A DNA stretch of 64,000 nucleotides from Leucoraja ocellata (Eukaryota). Location: contig JAWMAR010000272.1 of NCBI GenBank assembly GCA_036785375.1, positions 682,001 through 746,000 of the forward strand, written 5' to 3'. Shown here piece after piece: positions 12,883-26,085 of this stretch. The notes beneath the pieces are model-generated. The model was not told the DNA's origin, did not search any database, and was given only the letters and a program-made list of their open reading frames with translations. Within the stretch, counting starts at the first letter, position 1; each line of letters starts with the position of its first letter. A program made the translations under genes and the position numbers.

Positions 12883-13765
12883 GGAACGTTCTATTGGGAC
12901 AAATTCCACTGAACCAGAGGATGATTAGTGACTTGGTTTTCAATTATCTAGCAGTTTAGCTTTCGACCAATGGCAGAAAGAGTGACAAGAAGAGGGCAAA
13001 TTCAAAATTCTGAAGAGTGTAGCCAACGGTTTGGGTGAAATAAAGCATTTTGGGTCAGGAAAAGACAGATACCACAGAATCTGGCTGTGTAATATCATTA
13101 ATATAATTCTCCTCCATTTCCTTGTGTAAGTCACAATGCATCACTAAGCATGACATGTCTAGCTGGACACATTGGTTAGTGCAATGGTCGTCAGGACAAG
13201 CATGAGTGCCTGAAATACTCAGAGAAGGTTGTCAATGTTAGTCCTTGTACAATGCTGATTAACACCTGTGCCGCCACACTGTGTTGCAATAATTCAACAA
13301 CTTCCTTTTACCAATTACGTATGGGATATCTTGGGGTCATGGCATGAAGAAAACAAGCCCTCATTACCACCTTCCCAATGGCGTTAAAGGGATTTCAGGG
13401 GTTGATGTGATAGGAAGTAACTCTTGTTATTCATTAAGTGAGAAAGTAACTTTCTGCCATTTCTATAGAGTGCTGTGGGCAGTGTTGAGGTCACACTCTT
13501 TGTAAATAATTGTCCCTGGATTTATTGGTGACCCTCCATATGGCCATTCTTAACCCATTTTACCAAGCCCCAAACCCAGGACAGAGTGAAAGCTGTTCAA
13601 CTTGCTCATTATCTACCTAATAGGCAGTTAAAGATTTGGACTCCTGGACTGGAGAGTTGTTGAGGCGATTATGCTGTGGCAGTATGTCTCATTACAAATA
13701 CAACTGTGATTCTCAAGACTGCTAAACATAGCCATGCCTGGAAGTAGAAGAATGTTCTTCAGAAA

Positions 13766-14093
13766 GGGTGGCACATTGGCGCAGCAGTAGAGTTTCTGCC
13801 TGACAGCGCTTGCAGCGCCAGAGACCCGAGTTCGATCCCGACTACTGTTGCTGTCTGTACGGAGTTTTCCGTTCTCCCCGTGACCGCATGGGTTTTCTCC
13901 GGAATCTTAGGTTTCCTCCCACACTCCAAAGACGTACAGGTATGTAGGTTAATTGGCTTGGTGTATGTGTAAATTGTCCCTGGTGTGTGTGGAGTAGTGT
14001 TAATGTGCCGGGATACCTCTTCGGCACGGACTCGGTCAGCCGAAGGGCTTGTTTCCGCAATGTTTCTCTCAGCTAAACTAAATTAAAATAAAA
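13766..14093 (+). mobile_element. Full-length HE1/V-SINE-type tRNA-derived SINE
   Basis: Pol III A box tggcgcagcagtag and B box gagttcgatcc; central V-domain-like gtctgtacggagttttccgttctccccgtgaccgcatgggttttctccgg; CR1-like tail ccgaagggcttgtttcc...(ctaaa)n. Confidence 0.85.
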
Positions 14094-15989
14094 CAGTTGC
14101 AGGGTCTGTGCAACTTGCACTGCCCCTCCCCATTGTCCCACCCCCCACCCCCCTCCCCCTCCCCCCAAATTACCAGGAATGGTACCTTTTGAAATACGTT
14201 ACATCTGCTCAGTGTTAACTGGACTTAGATCCAAATAGGACATGAAGGAGAGGTAGTGGAATGAATGGAGTAGTAGAGGAGCTGTCTAGACATGGAATCG
14301 TTTGACATAGGATGCATGAGCTCAGGGGGGATTTTCATGAAATTACCTCAGTCACAAGGAACGGAGTCCCACGGGAGACTTCAGTGGCAAGTATCTGAGG
14401 AGATGGCAGAAAGGAGCCAGGATCAAGGAAGTTTCCATTTGAGTTGTCAAGAACGCAATGTAGTTATGATGTTGCTGGGGTTATATGTGGGGTTTTTTTA
14501 ATTAAAAACTTACAATTGTGGTGTTATAAGTTATCCAGATATCTGCATGTTCTGGTTTGGGTTTTACTTCAATGAGCCCCCTTGGTGTAATATTTAACAG
14601 ACCAGATCACGCTGCCTATTTCGAACAGTATTGACAATGTTCAGCCATTCAAACTGAATAAGTCTTGGGCTGGAAGATATATCTGAGTCTGCAACCTATA
14701 GGCATATTTGTCAGGCTGAATGTGTCACTTTGCTCACTGCTAGACTCCCAATGGCAATTTGTAATGAACCTTGCCTTGCACAGATTTGGGAGCTAAATGA
14801 AAGGCAAGTTTCTCTTCTTAAGTTACTTTGGTGTGTTTGACTTTTTCTTTGAAAGAATTAAAGTTTAGTTCCTTTGACGTCAGAAGTATTTTAAAACTAT
14901 TGAAATCAATAACAGCTTTGATGGCAATCCCTCAACAGATGCCCAAACACTGTCCTTTAGATTTGAATGAATGGAGATCCCATGAGATGTCCCTTCCATG
15001 TCCAACCCAAGGAGGTGCAGGCATTGGTGATCCCTGTTTGGTCAAAAGTAGCCTGGCATTTTAATGTTGCAATCTTTCATCAGATTGTAGACTCCAGATT
15101 CTGCATATGTATTTACATTTTTTAGAATTGCAGGCATTAGGGAAGTAGAGATAATGTCATGAGATAGATGGAGAATTGGTAATAAGGGATGGAGCAAGGG
15201 TAATGTAACATGATATGCTTTATAGGAGTGCTAGAATTTGTCAACAGTGGGACTTCAGTGTTGGTACTTTGATAATTCTGTTGAATAGATTCTAAGTGTT
15301 GGCAGGACCTCCGAATGAATCTGAGTTTGGACAGATGTGTCAGCCGAGAGACCAGTGATGTCTGATGACATCAGCACTTAAGAGATGGAGAAGGCAAAGA
15401 GAATAAAAGGAAAGAATAACACCAATGACGTATGTGTTATTGATCAGATAGAGATGGATTGAAGAAGCGAAGAGAAAGTAGGGTAGTACATTTTGTGATT
15501 AAACCTTAAGAGACATTTTCAGTAATAGGAAGGATGGCAACACGATATGAGGAGTCGTAAAACAATTAATCACAACTCTCATGCTTATTGTACATAAGCA
15601 CACCTTTGACTAACAATGCCAAGATAATGATGACTCTATCTTGACTCATTCTTTGGAAGCGTTATTGTAACGATTTGCAAGAGAGTTGCATATATCCTTA
15701 GGCTAGGTGCGTCATAAAAGTGCCTGGATTTCAACACACTCTCAGAGGCTGTTTTTTGGCTGGGATGATAACCAGCCTTTAAATTAATGCAAATGTTCAA
15801 ATCGTAAAAGGAATTGTTTATACAATGGCATGTTCATTTCAATTGTTCAAAGAGTCCTCAATGAATTAAATTGGTCCTTTCCAAATAATCTATCTGGTAT
15901 GTGGAGAATTAGGTAGCGTTTAAATTATTTGTCCTGGTTGACCCAAACAAATTCACATTGGTCCTTGCAATTCTTCATCTGGCCCTATC

Positions 15990-16312
15990 AGTTTAGTTTA
16001 GTTTAGTTTAGTTTAGGTGATACATCATGGAAACAGGCCCTACTGCCCGTCGAGTCCATACTGACCAGCAATCATCATTCACACTAGTTTTATGTTATCC
16101 CACTTTCTCATCCCTACACACTAGGGGCAAAATACAGAGGCCAATTAACATACAAACCTGTACGTCTTTAGGATATGGGAGGAAACTGGAACACCCAGAG
16201 GAAATCAATTTGGTCGCAGGGAGACCATGCAAACTCATACAAACAGTACCTGAGGTCAGGATCAAACCCGCGTTTCTATCATTGTGAGGTGGCAGTTCTA
16301 CCAGCTGCACTA
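15990..16312 (-). mobile_element. Full-length HE1/V-SINE-type SINE
   Basis: (gttta)n tail at 15990-16015, then reverse-complement body ending at the head (gtcaggatcaaaccc...ggcagttctaccagctgcac). Confidence 0.8.
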
Positions 16313-17171
16313 TTGTCCACCCCGAATACGTGTATAGATATGACTTTTGTTATTACCAAATGACAATTATTACTAAATGTGTTTAAAGTGGGGTTGATTG
16401 TGTTAATCAATGTGTTTACTGCCCTTCGAATGCTGATCCTCCTTTCTATATCCCACTGCCCTTACCCAGTTCCCCTGTCCCAGAGTTAAAAAAAAACAAG
16501 AAATGAACAAGATCGTATACCCCAGTCTCTTCTGCATGTGGCATTCTGATAGATTCTCAATTTAAAGAAACAAACATAAAATCAAAGGAGGTACTCAAGT
16601 GTGAAAGACAGTAATCCATGAAATGAAATCAGGAAACATTAGACTTGTTTTTCTATATCCAAGGAGAAAGGATTCTGCTCAACATCTCTGCTCTTTCCAC
16701 AGAGCACATATAATCTACGTGACCCTGGCTTCAATTGCATTTACTTAATCTCCCGAGAGATGGTATAAACATACTTTGATCCCAACAGCAATCAAGCAAT
16801 GATTCCAAATATCCTGCCTCTCCAGCAAATCCCAACCCAGTGGAGTCATGTTGTCCCATGAAACACTCGCCTGGATTTTATGCTGCAGTAGACCAGCAGA
16901 GTTGGCCATGAACCTCAAAGGCAGCTACCCATGACGATATAGAAAACCACACGGTATGGATTTCATTGTTCCTGGCGGTATTTGCTGAAAGGTTTACAGT
17001 CCTACAGGATTTTTGTCAATTCCTTAAAGAATTCACACAGGGAGCAAACCAAATAAAAGTAAAAGAAACTACTCGCATTTCACAGGCAGTAAAATAAAGA
17101 TTACAACATACTTGCCGATAAAGATAGAAATTGAAAAATGATGAATTAAAAATTACATTTTAGATATTTTA

Positions 17172-17732
17172 GCCAACAGAGACGCTCACCACCCTGGCCA
17201 CACTCTCATGTTACTTCTGCCATCGGCAAGAAGGTATCAGAACCGGAAAACTGTAAAGTCCAAGTTCAGGAACAACTTCTACCCAACAACCGTCAGGCTA
17301 TTAAACACTACATCACCCAAATAAGCTCCAAACTNNNNNNNNNNNNNNNNNNNNNNNNNNNNNNNNNNNNNNNNNNNNNNNNNNNNNNNNNNNNNNNNNN
17401 NNNNNNNNNNNNNNNNNNNNNNNNNNNNNNNNNNNNNNNNNNNNNNNNNNNNNNNNNNNNNNNNNNNNNNNNNNNNNNNNNNNNNNNNNNNNNNNNNNNN
17501 NNNNNNNNNNNNNNNNNNNNNNNNNNNNNNNNNNNNNNNNNNNNNNNNNNNNNNNNNNNNNNNNNNNNNNNNNNNNNNNNNNNNNNNNNNNNNNNNNNNN
17601 NNNNNNNNNNAGTTCGGAGCTTATTTGGGTGATGTAGTGTTTAATAGCCTGACGGTTGTTGGGTAGAAGTTGTTCCTGATATATATATGCTGCAAGTAAC
17701 AATTTAATTGTTCCGTTTTGGGACATGTGACA
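17172..17732 (+). mobile_element. Rex1/Babar-type LINE 3' fragment spanning an assembly gap
   Basis: HHPGHTLMLLLPSARRYQNRKTVKSKFRNNFYPTTVRLLN before the gap; tail gctgcaagtaacaatttaattgttccg...gacatgtgaca after it. Confidence 0.75.
17335..17610. other. Assembly gap (276 N)
   Basis: Run of n characters. Confidence 1.
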
Positions 17733-17935
17733 CTCTTCACTTTTGACCTGGTATAATTGATTACGATAAAATCCATGGGTCTCTCATTTTTAAAAGTGAT
17801 GAGGCTGATAAATATTAAATAGTGCTCAGTAAAATTTCATGCAACAAAGCGTTGCATTTTTAATTTGCCTCAAAGTGAAAATGGATTATAAACTTTTAAT
17901 GTTCTCATCATTTCATTCATACTGTAATGCTACAT

Positions 17936-18272
17936 TGGGGGACGTCCATGCATGGGCCTCGGCGGCAGCGTGGGCCTCGGTGGCGGTGGGGTCTCGCGGT
18001 CGATGAGTGTAAGGGGGGAGGGGAAGACGATGGGGACCCGGCGTGGGGGGACCACCATGAAGAAGAATGGGGATCCGGCGTAGGTGGACCTCCGTGAGGG
18101 ACGGAGGGGGAGCAAAGAGGGACCAGGTGTGGAGGGGTGTGGTGGGGGGGGGGGGGGGGGTGCACTCTAGTTTTAGAGTCCTCTGCCCAGGGGATAAGAC
18201 TGTGTTTGTTTGTTTGTTTGTTCATTTGTTCCGGTGAAGGTGCTGTGCACACGGCAGCCAACCAACAGTTGC
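17936..18272. repeat. G-rich, CpG-rich repeat fragment with poly-G tract (G-quadruplex-prone)
   Basis: Repeated gggcctcgg and ggggacccggcgt/ggggatccggcgt units; poly-G at ~18144-18160. Confidence 0.5.
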
Positions 18273-18980
18273 TAGGGTACAGGTGATAGTTGGTCAGTAT
18301 GGATTTAGTGGGCCGATGGGCCTGTTTCCATGCTGTATCTCTAAACTAAACTAAGAACCTGACGTTGTGATTTCTTCATGATAATAATGGGCACCGATAG
18401 CTTCGTATAATTCTTCACACCAAATTCCAGATAATAGCAACTCTGCAACTAATATATGTTTGAAGAGCTTACATTGGTGAAAATACTTGAATATGCGTTT
18501 GAAAAATAACAAGACAAAGTGCAAGAGAAACTCAGCGGGTTTGTCAGCATCTCTGGAGAACACGGATAGGTGATATTTCGGGATTACCCTTGTTCAGACA
18601 AGGAAGTCAATTTGCATTTGAATATTGGATTCAATAAACTTTTGACTTCAGGCGACCTACATAGTAAAGTAACAATACAATGCCACAAGGAATGATTTTT
18701 CATCTGTGAATCATCTAATCCTGTTAGAGACACGAAGGGCTGATGGCATGCTGTCAGCAGTGGGATGGGCAGGAATCAAGAACAGACAGCCACACAGGGC
18801 TGTGGTTTTGTGCTGGCACCCTTGGTGAATCAGAAAGCTGTGGGTTCAAGTCCTGCTTCAGACAGAGTCACGTAATCTCTGTGCACTCAGTTTAATGCAG
18901 GTTGTACTCATTGAAATGTCTACCAGAAGAAATGTTAAATCAAGTCTATTTATATGTATAAACAGTATAAATTAGATAAG

Positions 18981-19210
18981 GGATGGACACAAATTGCTGG
19001 AGTAACTCAGTGGGACAGGCAGCATCTCTGAAGAGAAGGAATGGGTGACGTTTCAGGTCGACACCCTTCTTCGGATTGAAGAATCTAAAGAAGAGTCTCG
19101 ACCCGAAATGACATCCATTCCTCTCCAGAGATGCTGCCTGTCCAGCTGAGCTTCTCCAGCATTTTGTGCCCATCTTTGATTTAAACCAGCATCTGCAGTT
19201 CCTTCCTGCA
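18981..19210. mobile_element. Palindromic Penelope-derived terminal-repeat element (two inverted arms)
   Basis: gacacaaattgctggagtaactcagtgggacaggcagcatctctg...cccttcttc followed by its imperfect reverse complement gaagagtctcgacccgaaatgacatcc...gatgctgcctgtccagctgag...ccagcattttgtg. Confidence 0.75.
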
Positions 19211-19599
19211 CAATTAGATAAGGAAGTTCTACTTGATGTCATGGATAATATCCATTCCTCAGCCTACCGCATGATCTCATACCTATTACGGGATCTTGCA
19301 GTGCACAAATTAAGTCTTATCTTTCCAGGAACATTTTCTTCAGAAGGACAATTATGTGGTGAAACACATGATGGAGAAGCACAAAGGATAATTTTATCAT
19401 GGTGCTATTGCATGCAACTGACACAATCATAGACTGGAAATTGATTTATAGAATTTTACCTTGTGTGTGTATAATCAAAAATGTGTTGTTGAAATTTTTA
19501 TTGTGCAATAACAGTGGCACGATTCCGAACAGTTCAGTCTGTTCCTGGTTTGACTCAACTTGGAGGCTGGCAAAACAACTGATGTCCAATTAAAATCAA

Positions 19600-20117
19600 A
19601 AGAACCGTAGATGCAAGACATAAAATGACAGGATAGGAAGGAACTGCAGATACCGGTTTACATCGAAGATAGACACAAAATGCTGGAGTAACTCAGCGGG
19701 ACAGGCAACAGAGTTAATCCATCATTTTGTATCTATCTTCAGACATGAAATTATAACTGTTTCTCCTTTCATAGATGTTGCCTAACCTGCTTAGTCATTC
19801 CAGCATTTTGTGCTGGAAGTTCCGGAGTATCTCAGCAGGTCAGGCACTATCTCCAGAAGACATGAATAAGTGATGTTTCAGGTGTTTCATGTGTTGGAAG
19901 GAACTGCAAATGCTGGTTTACACCGAAGATATACTCTAAATGCTGGAATTACTCAGCGGGACAGGCAGCATCTCTGGATAAAAGGAATAGATGACGTTTC
20001 AGGTCAAGACACTTCATCAGGCTGGAGAAAGTTCTCGACCTGAAATATCACCTATTCCTTTTTTCCAGAGATGCTGTCTGACCTGCTGAGTTACTCCAGC
20101 ATTTTGTGACTATCTTA
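19600..20117. mobile_element. Cluster of Penelope-derived terminal repeats, including a second palindromic copy (~19896-20117)
   Basis: Repeated aaggaactgcagat...gacacaaaatgctggagtaactcagcgggacaggcagc units in both orientations. Confidence 0.7.
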
Positions 20118-22061
20118 GGTGATATTTTAGGTCTGGATTCTATGCAATTTCAGGGAGCTTGTGAGAGATCCTTTCATTCTCTTTAAATGACAAATAATGG
20201 CATCAGGGTGGCAATTTTGGTTTAGAACAAGAAGTGGGGAATGTTGAAGCCAGGAGTACTGTACACCAGGATAATGACATGCAGAGCTCCACTTAAATGA
20301 AGTTGAGTCTTACCAATGGGGATCTAGGCAGATAAATAGCCTGGACACTCAATAAATGGAAGATTGAACCCCTTGCTCATTGAGCCAAGCAGACTATTGC
20401 CAAAATCAATGAAAGGGCCTGGAGAAATCATCCCGTCACCCCCACACGAATAAACAGAAATACTGGGATTTAATTTCTGTGGATTTGTGGCTCCAATATT
20501 ACTTTAAGATGAGAGCTCAGCTTCATTAAAGTATTACATTATAGACACAACAAAGTGATTATATGAATCCAGCAGTAAGTTGGCTCAAACTTCAGCTTAT
20601 GGTATTTTAGTTAGTAACAAATGTACATTCTTCAGGCATTGGGTAAAGTATCAATGATAAACTTCATGTGCTCAAGATCAATAGGGTATTCAGCAAAAGC
20701 CCGAGTTAGGCAGTATTTTACAACTTCACCACACTGAAAAGCCTACTGTTGTTCTGGGAGGCATGTTAAAGATTTATTAATATTCCAGCCTACTTTAGTT
20801 GATGTAATGTATTTAATAAAAGGTTTATTTCTTCTGAGTATTGACAAGTTTGTAAAAAATGACTGTTGTTCTTTGATAGCCAGTCTTTCGTTCTTCCACA
20901 GAATGCATTGAATGATGTCAATTTAAATTATTTGATATAGTTTGAATTATTATGGCTGCATTTGAATTGAAAGCATTTCTGAAATAAAGTCAACGGTAAA
21001 CAAAATAATAGCCTTGCTCTCAATCAAATAAGAACCATATGTTCTTCTCTGTTGTGCATTTGTTTACGTACCTCAAAATTTAAATCACTGGTGCTCAAAG
21101 TGGGAACTGTGAGCAAAATGTTACCTCTTAAGGAGCATCTGTTAAAAGTTTTGCTTCGAACATATTCTCCTTACTTTTAAGGAAGGATGTGCATTCATTT
21201 CTAGAGCATCTAATATATCGATATCAATCAGTTAACAGTGGTTTTCCTTAGAAACCCAATGGAGGTATTGGACTAAATCTTGCAAATGGATGCCAACAGT
21301 TTCATGGTGAACTGCTGATGTTTATCCTGGTTAAGGTCCAAGACTTTGGTGGATGCGAATCCAACGTCTCAGGCCTGCTGATAGATTCTTGCCAATAGAC
21401 TTTGCTGCTAGAGTCCACACAGGATCCAGTAATCAGGCATGAACCTGCTGAAGAATCTGCTCACAGATGCTGCACCCATGCCCAGGACCCGCAATTCCAA
21501 GTATTTGTGTGAAAATGTTACATCTGCCAGGAAGGAAGGCAGGGCTCCGAGTTCAATTTATTTTAATCATTTGAGTTGGATGTTAATCTTTAAAGGATAT
21601 TTTTGGAGATGATTGTTCATTTTAGGCAGAATGTTAACAATGTTTATTTTTTCTAATTCTTTAAAAATAAAATGTTGAGTACTTCTCAATGTTAACAACA
21701 TCCAGAAGCATTTCAAAGGCTTGTCATCATTGATAGGCAACATTGCTGGGGTGTGGAAAGATACACCCAATAGCTTTGTGGGAAGATTACTTTATCCATG
21801 TCGACCCAAGAGATTGCAGATGTCTGGAACAATACATCTACCATCACGATACCGCCTGGCCCGCTGAGTTCCTCCAACAGCTTGTTTTCTTTAACCTTAT
21901 CCATGTGATCCTGATACACTACACAAGGCCCTAACATTATACATGCATGGTTCACTGGCTCTTGGATACTGATGGCCAGCAAGTTCAATCTTCTAAACCA
22001 AGTAATTGTGGTAAGAGGGGACAGAAAAGCAACAAGTCCAGCTGGTGAACTTGGGTGGAAC

Positions 22062-22336
22062 AATGGTGCAGTGGTAGAGTTGCTGCCTTACAGGGCCAGA
22101 GATCGATCAATCCTGCCTGCACGAAGTTTGTACATTCTCCCTGTGATCACCTGGGTTTTCTCCGGGTGCTCCGGTTTTCTCCCACATTCCAAAGATGTGC
22201 AGTTTTGAAGGTTAATTGGCTTCTGTAAATTGTCATTTGTTTAGGATAGAACTAGTGTATGGGTGATCGTTAGTTGGCATGGAATCAATAAGCCGAAGGG
22301 CCTGTTTCCACAGTGTATCTCTAAACTAAACTAAAC
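22062..22336 (+). mobile_element. HE1/V-SINE-type SINE (internally deleted)
   Basis: tggtgcagtggtagagttgctgccttacag head, V-like domain, tail gccgaagggcctgtttccacagtgtatctctaaactaaactaaact. Confidence 0.8.
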
Positions 22337-25313
22337 TCCTTCAGCAACACTAGAGCCTTTATAATGCAGGGAGGGGTACACATGAAACTAACAACATCGG
22401 AATCCAAACCCGAACTATCTTATGAGTGAAGTATATCTGATGCTCATGTTCTAATTGGGTGTAGTCGAACAAACAAAATACCACACTCAGCTGTGGTCAA
22501 ATGAGATACATCTGCAAACTCCAATGAATACAATATTCTGGAATTTATTTATTTATTCATTGACCACACTAAGTTCACAATGTTCGTGCCTGATAGCCCG
22601 CTTCATTGCCACCCCATCTACAACCATTCACTCACCAATGCACAGAAATAACAGTGTGTACCAACTCACCAACACTCCTCAGATAGCACCCTCCAAACGT
22701 ACCAAGGACAAAGCCAATAAACACAAGGGAACATTACCTCCTGGAAGTTGCCTTGTAGCCACGCACCAACTGGTGTTGGAAATGTATGACCCTTCCTTCA
22801 CCATAGCATAGTCAAAATCCTGGAACACCCTCCCTAATAGCACTGTGGTGTACTCACACCTCAAGGATTGCAGTAGTTCAGAAGACAGCTCAACACCACC
22901 TTCTTAAGGGTGATTAAAGATAGACAATTAAGTATTGTCTCAATCTACAAATTCCCTAAATAAATAAAAATTGTTTGAAATATATATGCTGTATTTTTTC
23001 TGAACTGTCACTCAAATTTGGTGTAATTCTATGTCATTTCTTCTTTGCAATTGTATTCTCATATATCAACATCAATTCTGCCAGTGAACAGCATTGACAC
23101 GAGAAATGTACTTGAGGCCAGAACATTTGTTCACACAAGTTGCAACTAGCTTTTTTGATTCACCTTAATAGCTTAAAATCCACTGCCAAATTCCAAACTC
23201 AGCACCATCTACAACACCAGGGGCTCATTTGAGTTTAGAGAGAGGAGAATTAAGACTTTAACACTTAAAAACTGATGCAAAGTTAGGCACGCATCACAAA
23301 CCTTGAAGATAACTAACTGACGGACAAAATGGAGCTAAGTATTTCTCACAGTAGTAATAATAATGTTTTCGAGAGAAATTTTCAAAGGTGAGATTAAAGT
23401 GGAGAGTTTAATATAAAAGAATTGCAGAGCTAAGGGTCTATAACAGCCACTAAAGAAGGGGTGAAGAAAGGTGAAGATACTGTACATCCAGCCAAAATTG
23501 GAGGAATGCCATGATGAGGGAGTATCTTAATGTTTCAGGGGTTATAAAGATCAGAAATAGAGATTTTACTTTTCAATCTTTGAACCATTTATGCATAATT
23601 TCCCCTCAGATGTTTATGTTTCAGTATTTTGGCATGAAACCAATTGCATCAATGCTTTTTTACAGATGCCAACATACAGAACTACGGACCTGCTTCATCG
23701 CTATGATTTCTGTGATTGTCATGCAAATACAATTAAAGAGAAATTATGCCAATCTGGAATTTTTTTCGCACTGATTAAATAATAGTTTAACAATATTCAT
23801 GTCAGTGAATCTAATGCCAGCTGTGCATCATTAATAAATTCCACCCTTTATCTGCATAAATATTTAGAAGATTATCAAACAGATAATATATGGACTTGCA
23901 GCGACATAAATTGAAATGTAACCTTTGTGTTCTATACTGTGGAGTTCTAGTTTGCCTCCGGCCAGTAAAATAGCACTTACAAATGAAAGTCAAAAAAAAA
24001 ATCGTGCTTTAGATTCCAGGATATGTGCAGGTTTGCACAGGATTTTTGGTATTATTTTTATTCAGGTACATTGATAACATTATAATTCCCTTGAAGAAAA
24101 TATGAACTGGCCAGCCAGATCAAACCTTCAATTCCAGTGTATACATTTATATTTCTCATATTTCATTTAACAAATGAAACTGAAATAATATGTACATGAT
24201 CTGCTAGCTTGAGGAATTGCATTCATTGTTACAATGTTCAAGTATTCGACAACAATTCCATTTGAACAAACCAAATTCTTAATGTACTCTTAAGACTGTG
24301 ATAAAGAAGGCTCAAGATACACCAGGAACAGGTTATGTGTTTACCTTTAACAAGAGTTTAAACTTTTAATATGAAGCAAAATATCATCTTGTAGACACAA
24401 TAAATACAGGCAGAAATATGAATGATTGAAGCAATGTTTCTGGCAAGCTTTACCTCATTTGAAAATAACTTGCAAAATACGACTAAATGAAAACAATTAT
24501 ATCATAAAATAATCTTCTAACTCTCTAAAAATGGCATAATAAGAAAAGGAAATACTATACTTACATGAATATCTTTCCTCTAGCGATGTAATTGTGTGTT
24601 TGGCTGTAGTGTCTATACTTTATGGCATTAGCTGATACATGTCTTTTGAATCATAAAAAAATGGCCACACCCCACACCCCACACCCACACAGTCCTGATT
24701 CAGATTAGTAAACATACCTGGTAATATAGCAATTGTACATTGGCTAGCCATGTTAAACGCAATGACACCCTGCAAAGTAGTACTGCCTAGATCTGCTTGC
24801 AATCACTTTGCCTTATTGGGTCAATCCAAAATACGATTGACTTCTCAAATTGTGACAATCAACAGAAATATTGTGAAATGTACACCACATCCATCACTAT
24901 TTGTATAATTCCTAGATTTGCAGCATAGGAACTTCCTCTGATTTTGTGCCATTTTCTACTTCTGCTGAAAGGAGCATTGATTAATGTTCACTCAATAAAA
25001 ATAATCCAGCCATTTTTCCCTAAACAACAAAACATGAAGCCACATAAAGACATAATAACTGAGGAACTTGTCACAGGAGATTTAAATTGGGGAGATATAC
25101 AGAGGTGGGGAGTTTGAAAAAGGGAAATCCAGAATTTAAGACCTTGGTATCTGAGTTAATTAACTAAAAACAAGTACACAAATACTCCATGGGTCAGGCA
25201 GAACCCATAGAGAAATGAACAAATATATCAAGAACTGGTAATGTTCAAGACAAGATTTAAGTTGAAAAGAAGAGAGGAGAATATAAATAAATAAATATTA
25301 ATAATAAATATTA

Positions 25314-25350
25314 TCAGTCTGAAGAAGGGTCTCGACCCGAAACGTCACCC
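25314..25350 (+). ncRNA. Minimal Penelope-type (type I) hammerhead ribozyme motif
   Basis: CUGAAGA (25319-25325), A, stem II GGGUC-UC-GACCC (25327-25338), GAAAC GUC (25339-25346) with palindromic ACGU in place of stem III; sits in a Penelope terminal repeat (25314-25417). Stem I is only ~2 bp. Confidence 0.6.
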
Positions 25351-25419
25351 ATTCCTTATCTCCAGAGATGTTGCCTGTCCCGCTGTGTTACTCCACCACT
25401 TTGTGTCTACCTTCGATTG

Positions 25420-26085
25420 TGGTGAGGCTAGACCACATGGGATCCAGGTGAGCAAGCTAACTGGAGACAGAATTGGCTTCATGGCAGGAAGCAGAAGGTG
25501 CTGGTGGAAGATTGTTGATGGGACTGGAGGCCCGTGACTAGTGGTGTCACATCTGGAAAGCTCAGCCCATTTGTGTATGTCATCTATATCAACAATTGGG
25601 ATGAGAATGTACAAGGCATGATTAGAAAGTTTGAAGATTACACTAAAATAGGTGGTATTGCACATGTATAGATAGTTATCGAGAACCACAGCGGGATTTT
25701 GATCAGCTGGGCAAACGAGCCAAGGAATGGCTACTGGAGTTTAAGTCAAATACGTGCGAGGCGTTGCATTTTGGGAAGTGGAACCAGGACTGGTAGGACT
25801 GAGTGGTGGGACCCTGAGGTGTGTTGTCGAGCAAAGGTATCGAAGAATGCAAGTACATAGTTCCCTGAAAGCCTTGTAGACAGATAAATTGGTGACGAAG
25901 GCTTTTGGCACTGGACTTCATCAGTCAGGAAATTGAGTATAGAATGGGGAACATTATATTACGTTTGCACAACACATTGGTGAGGCCACATTTGAAGTAT
26001 TGCGTTTAGTTATGGTCACTCTGCTATAGAAAAGTTGTCATTTATTTGGAAAGAGTGCAGGGAAGACCTATAAGAATCTTGCTAA
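25420..26085 (+). mobile_element. CR1 LINE ORF2 fragment
   Basis: gtgactagtggtgt..., attagaaagtttgaagattacactaaaataggtgg (ISKFADDTKIGG-like), ttggtgaggccacatttgaagtattgc (LVRPHLEYC). Confidence 0.75.

Noticed and set aside
13766-13845. tRNA-like sequence with A and B boxes (also near 42958, 49842, 60894)
   Set aside because: These are tRNA-derived SINE heads running straight into SINE body and LINE-like tail, not tRNA genes.
17313-17726. 137-aa ORF
   Set aside because: Artefact of translating through the N gap.
24550-24660. Consensus donor CAT|gtaagt on the minus strand as a possible upstream coding exon
   Set aside because: In-frame TAG a few codons upstream in phase 0 and no in-frame ATG; it cannot supply the start for exon 12191.
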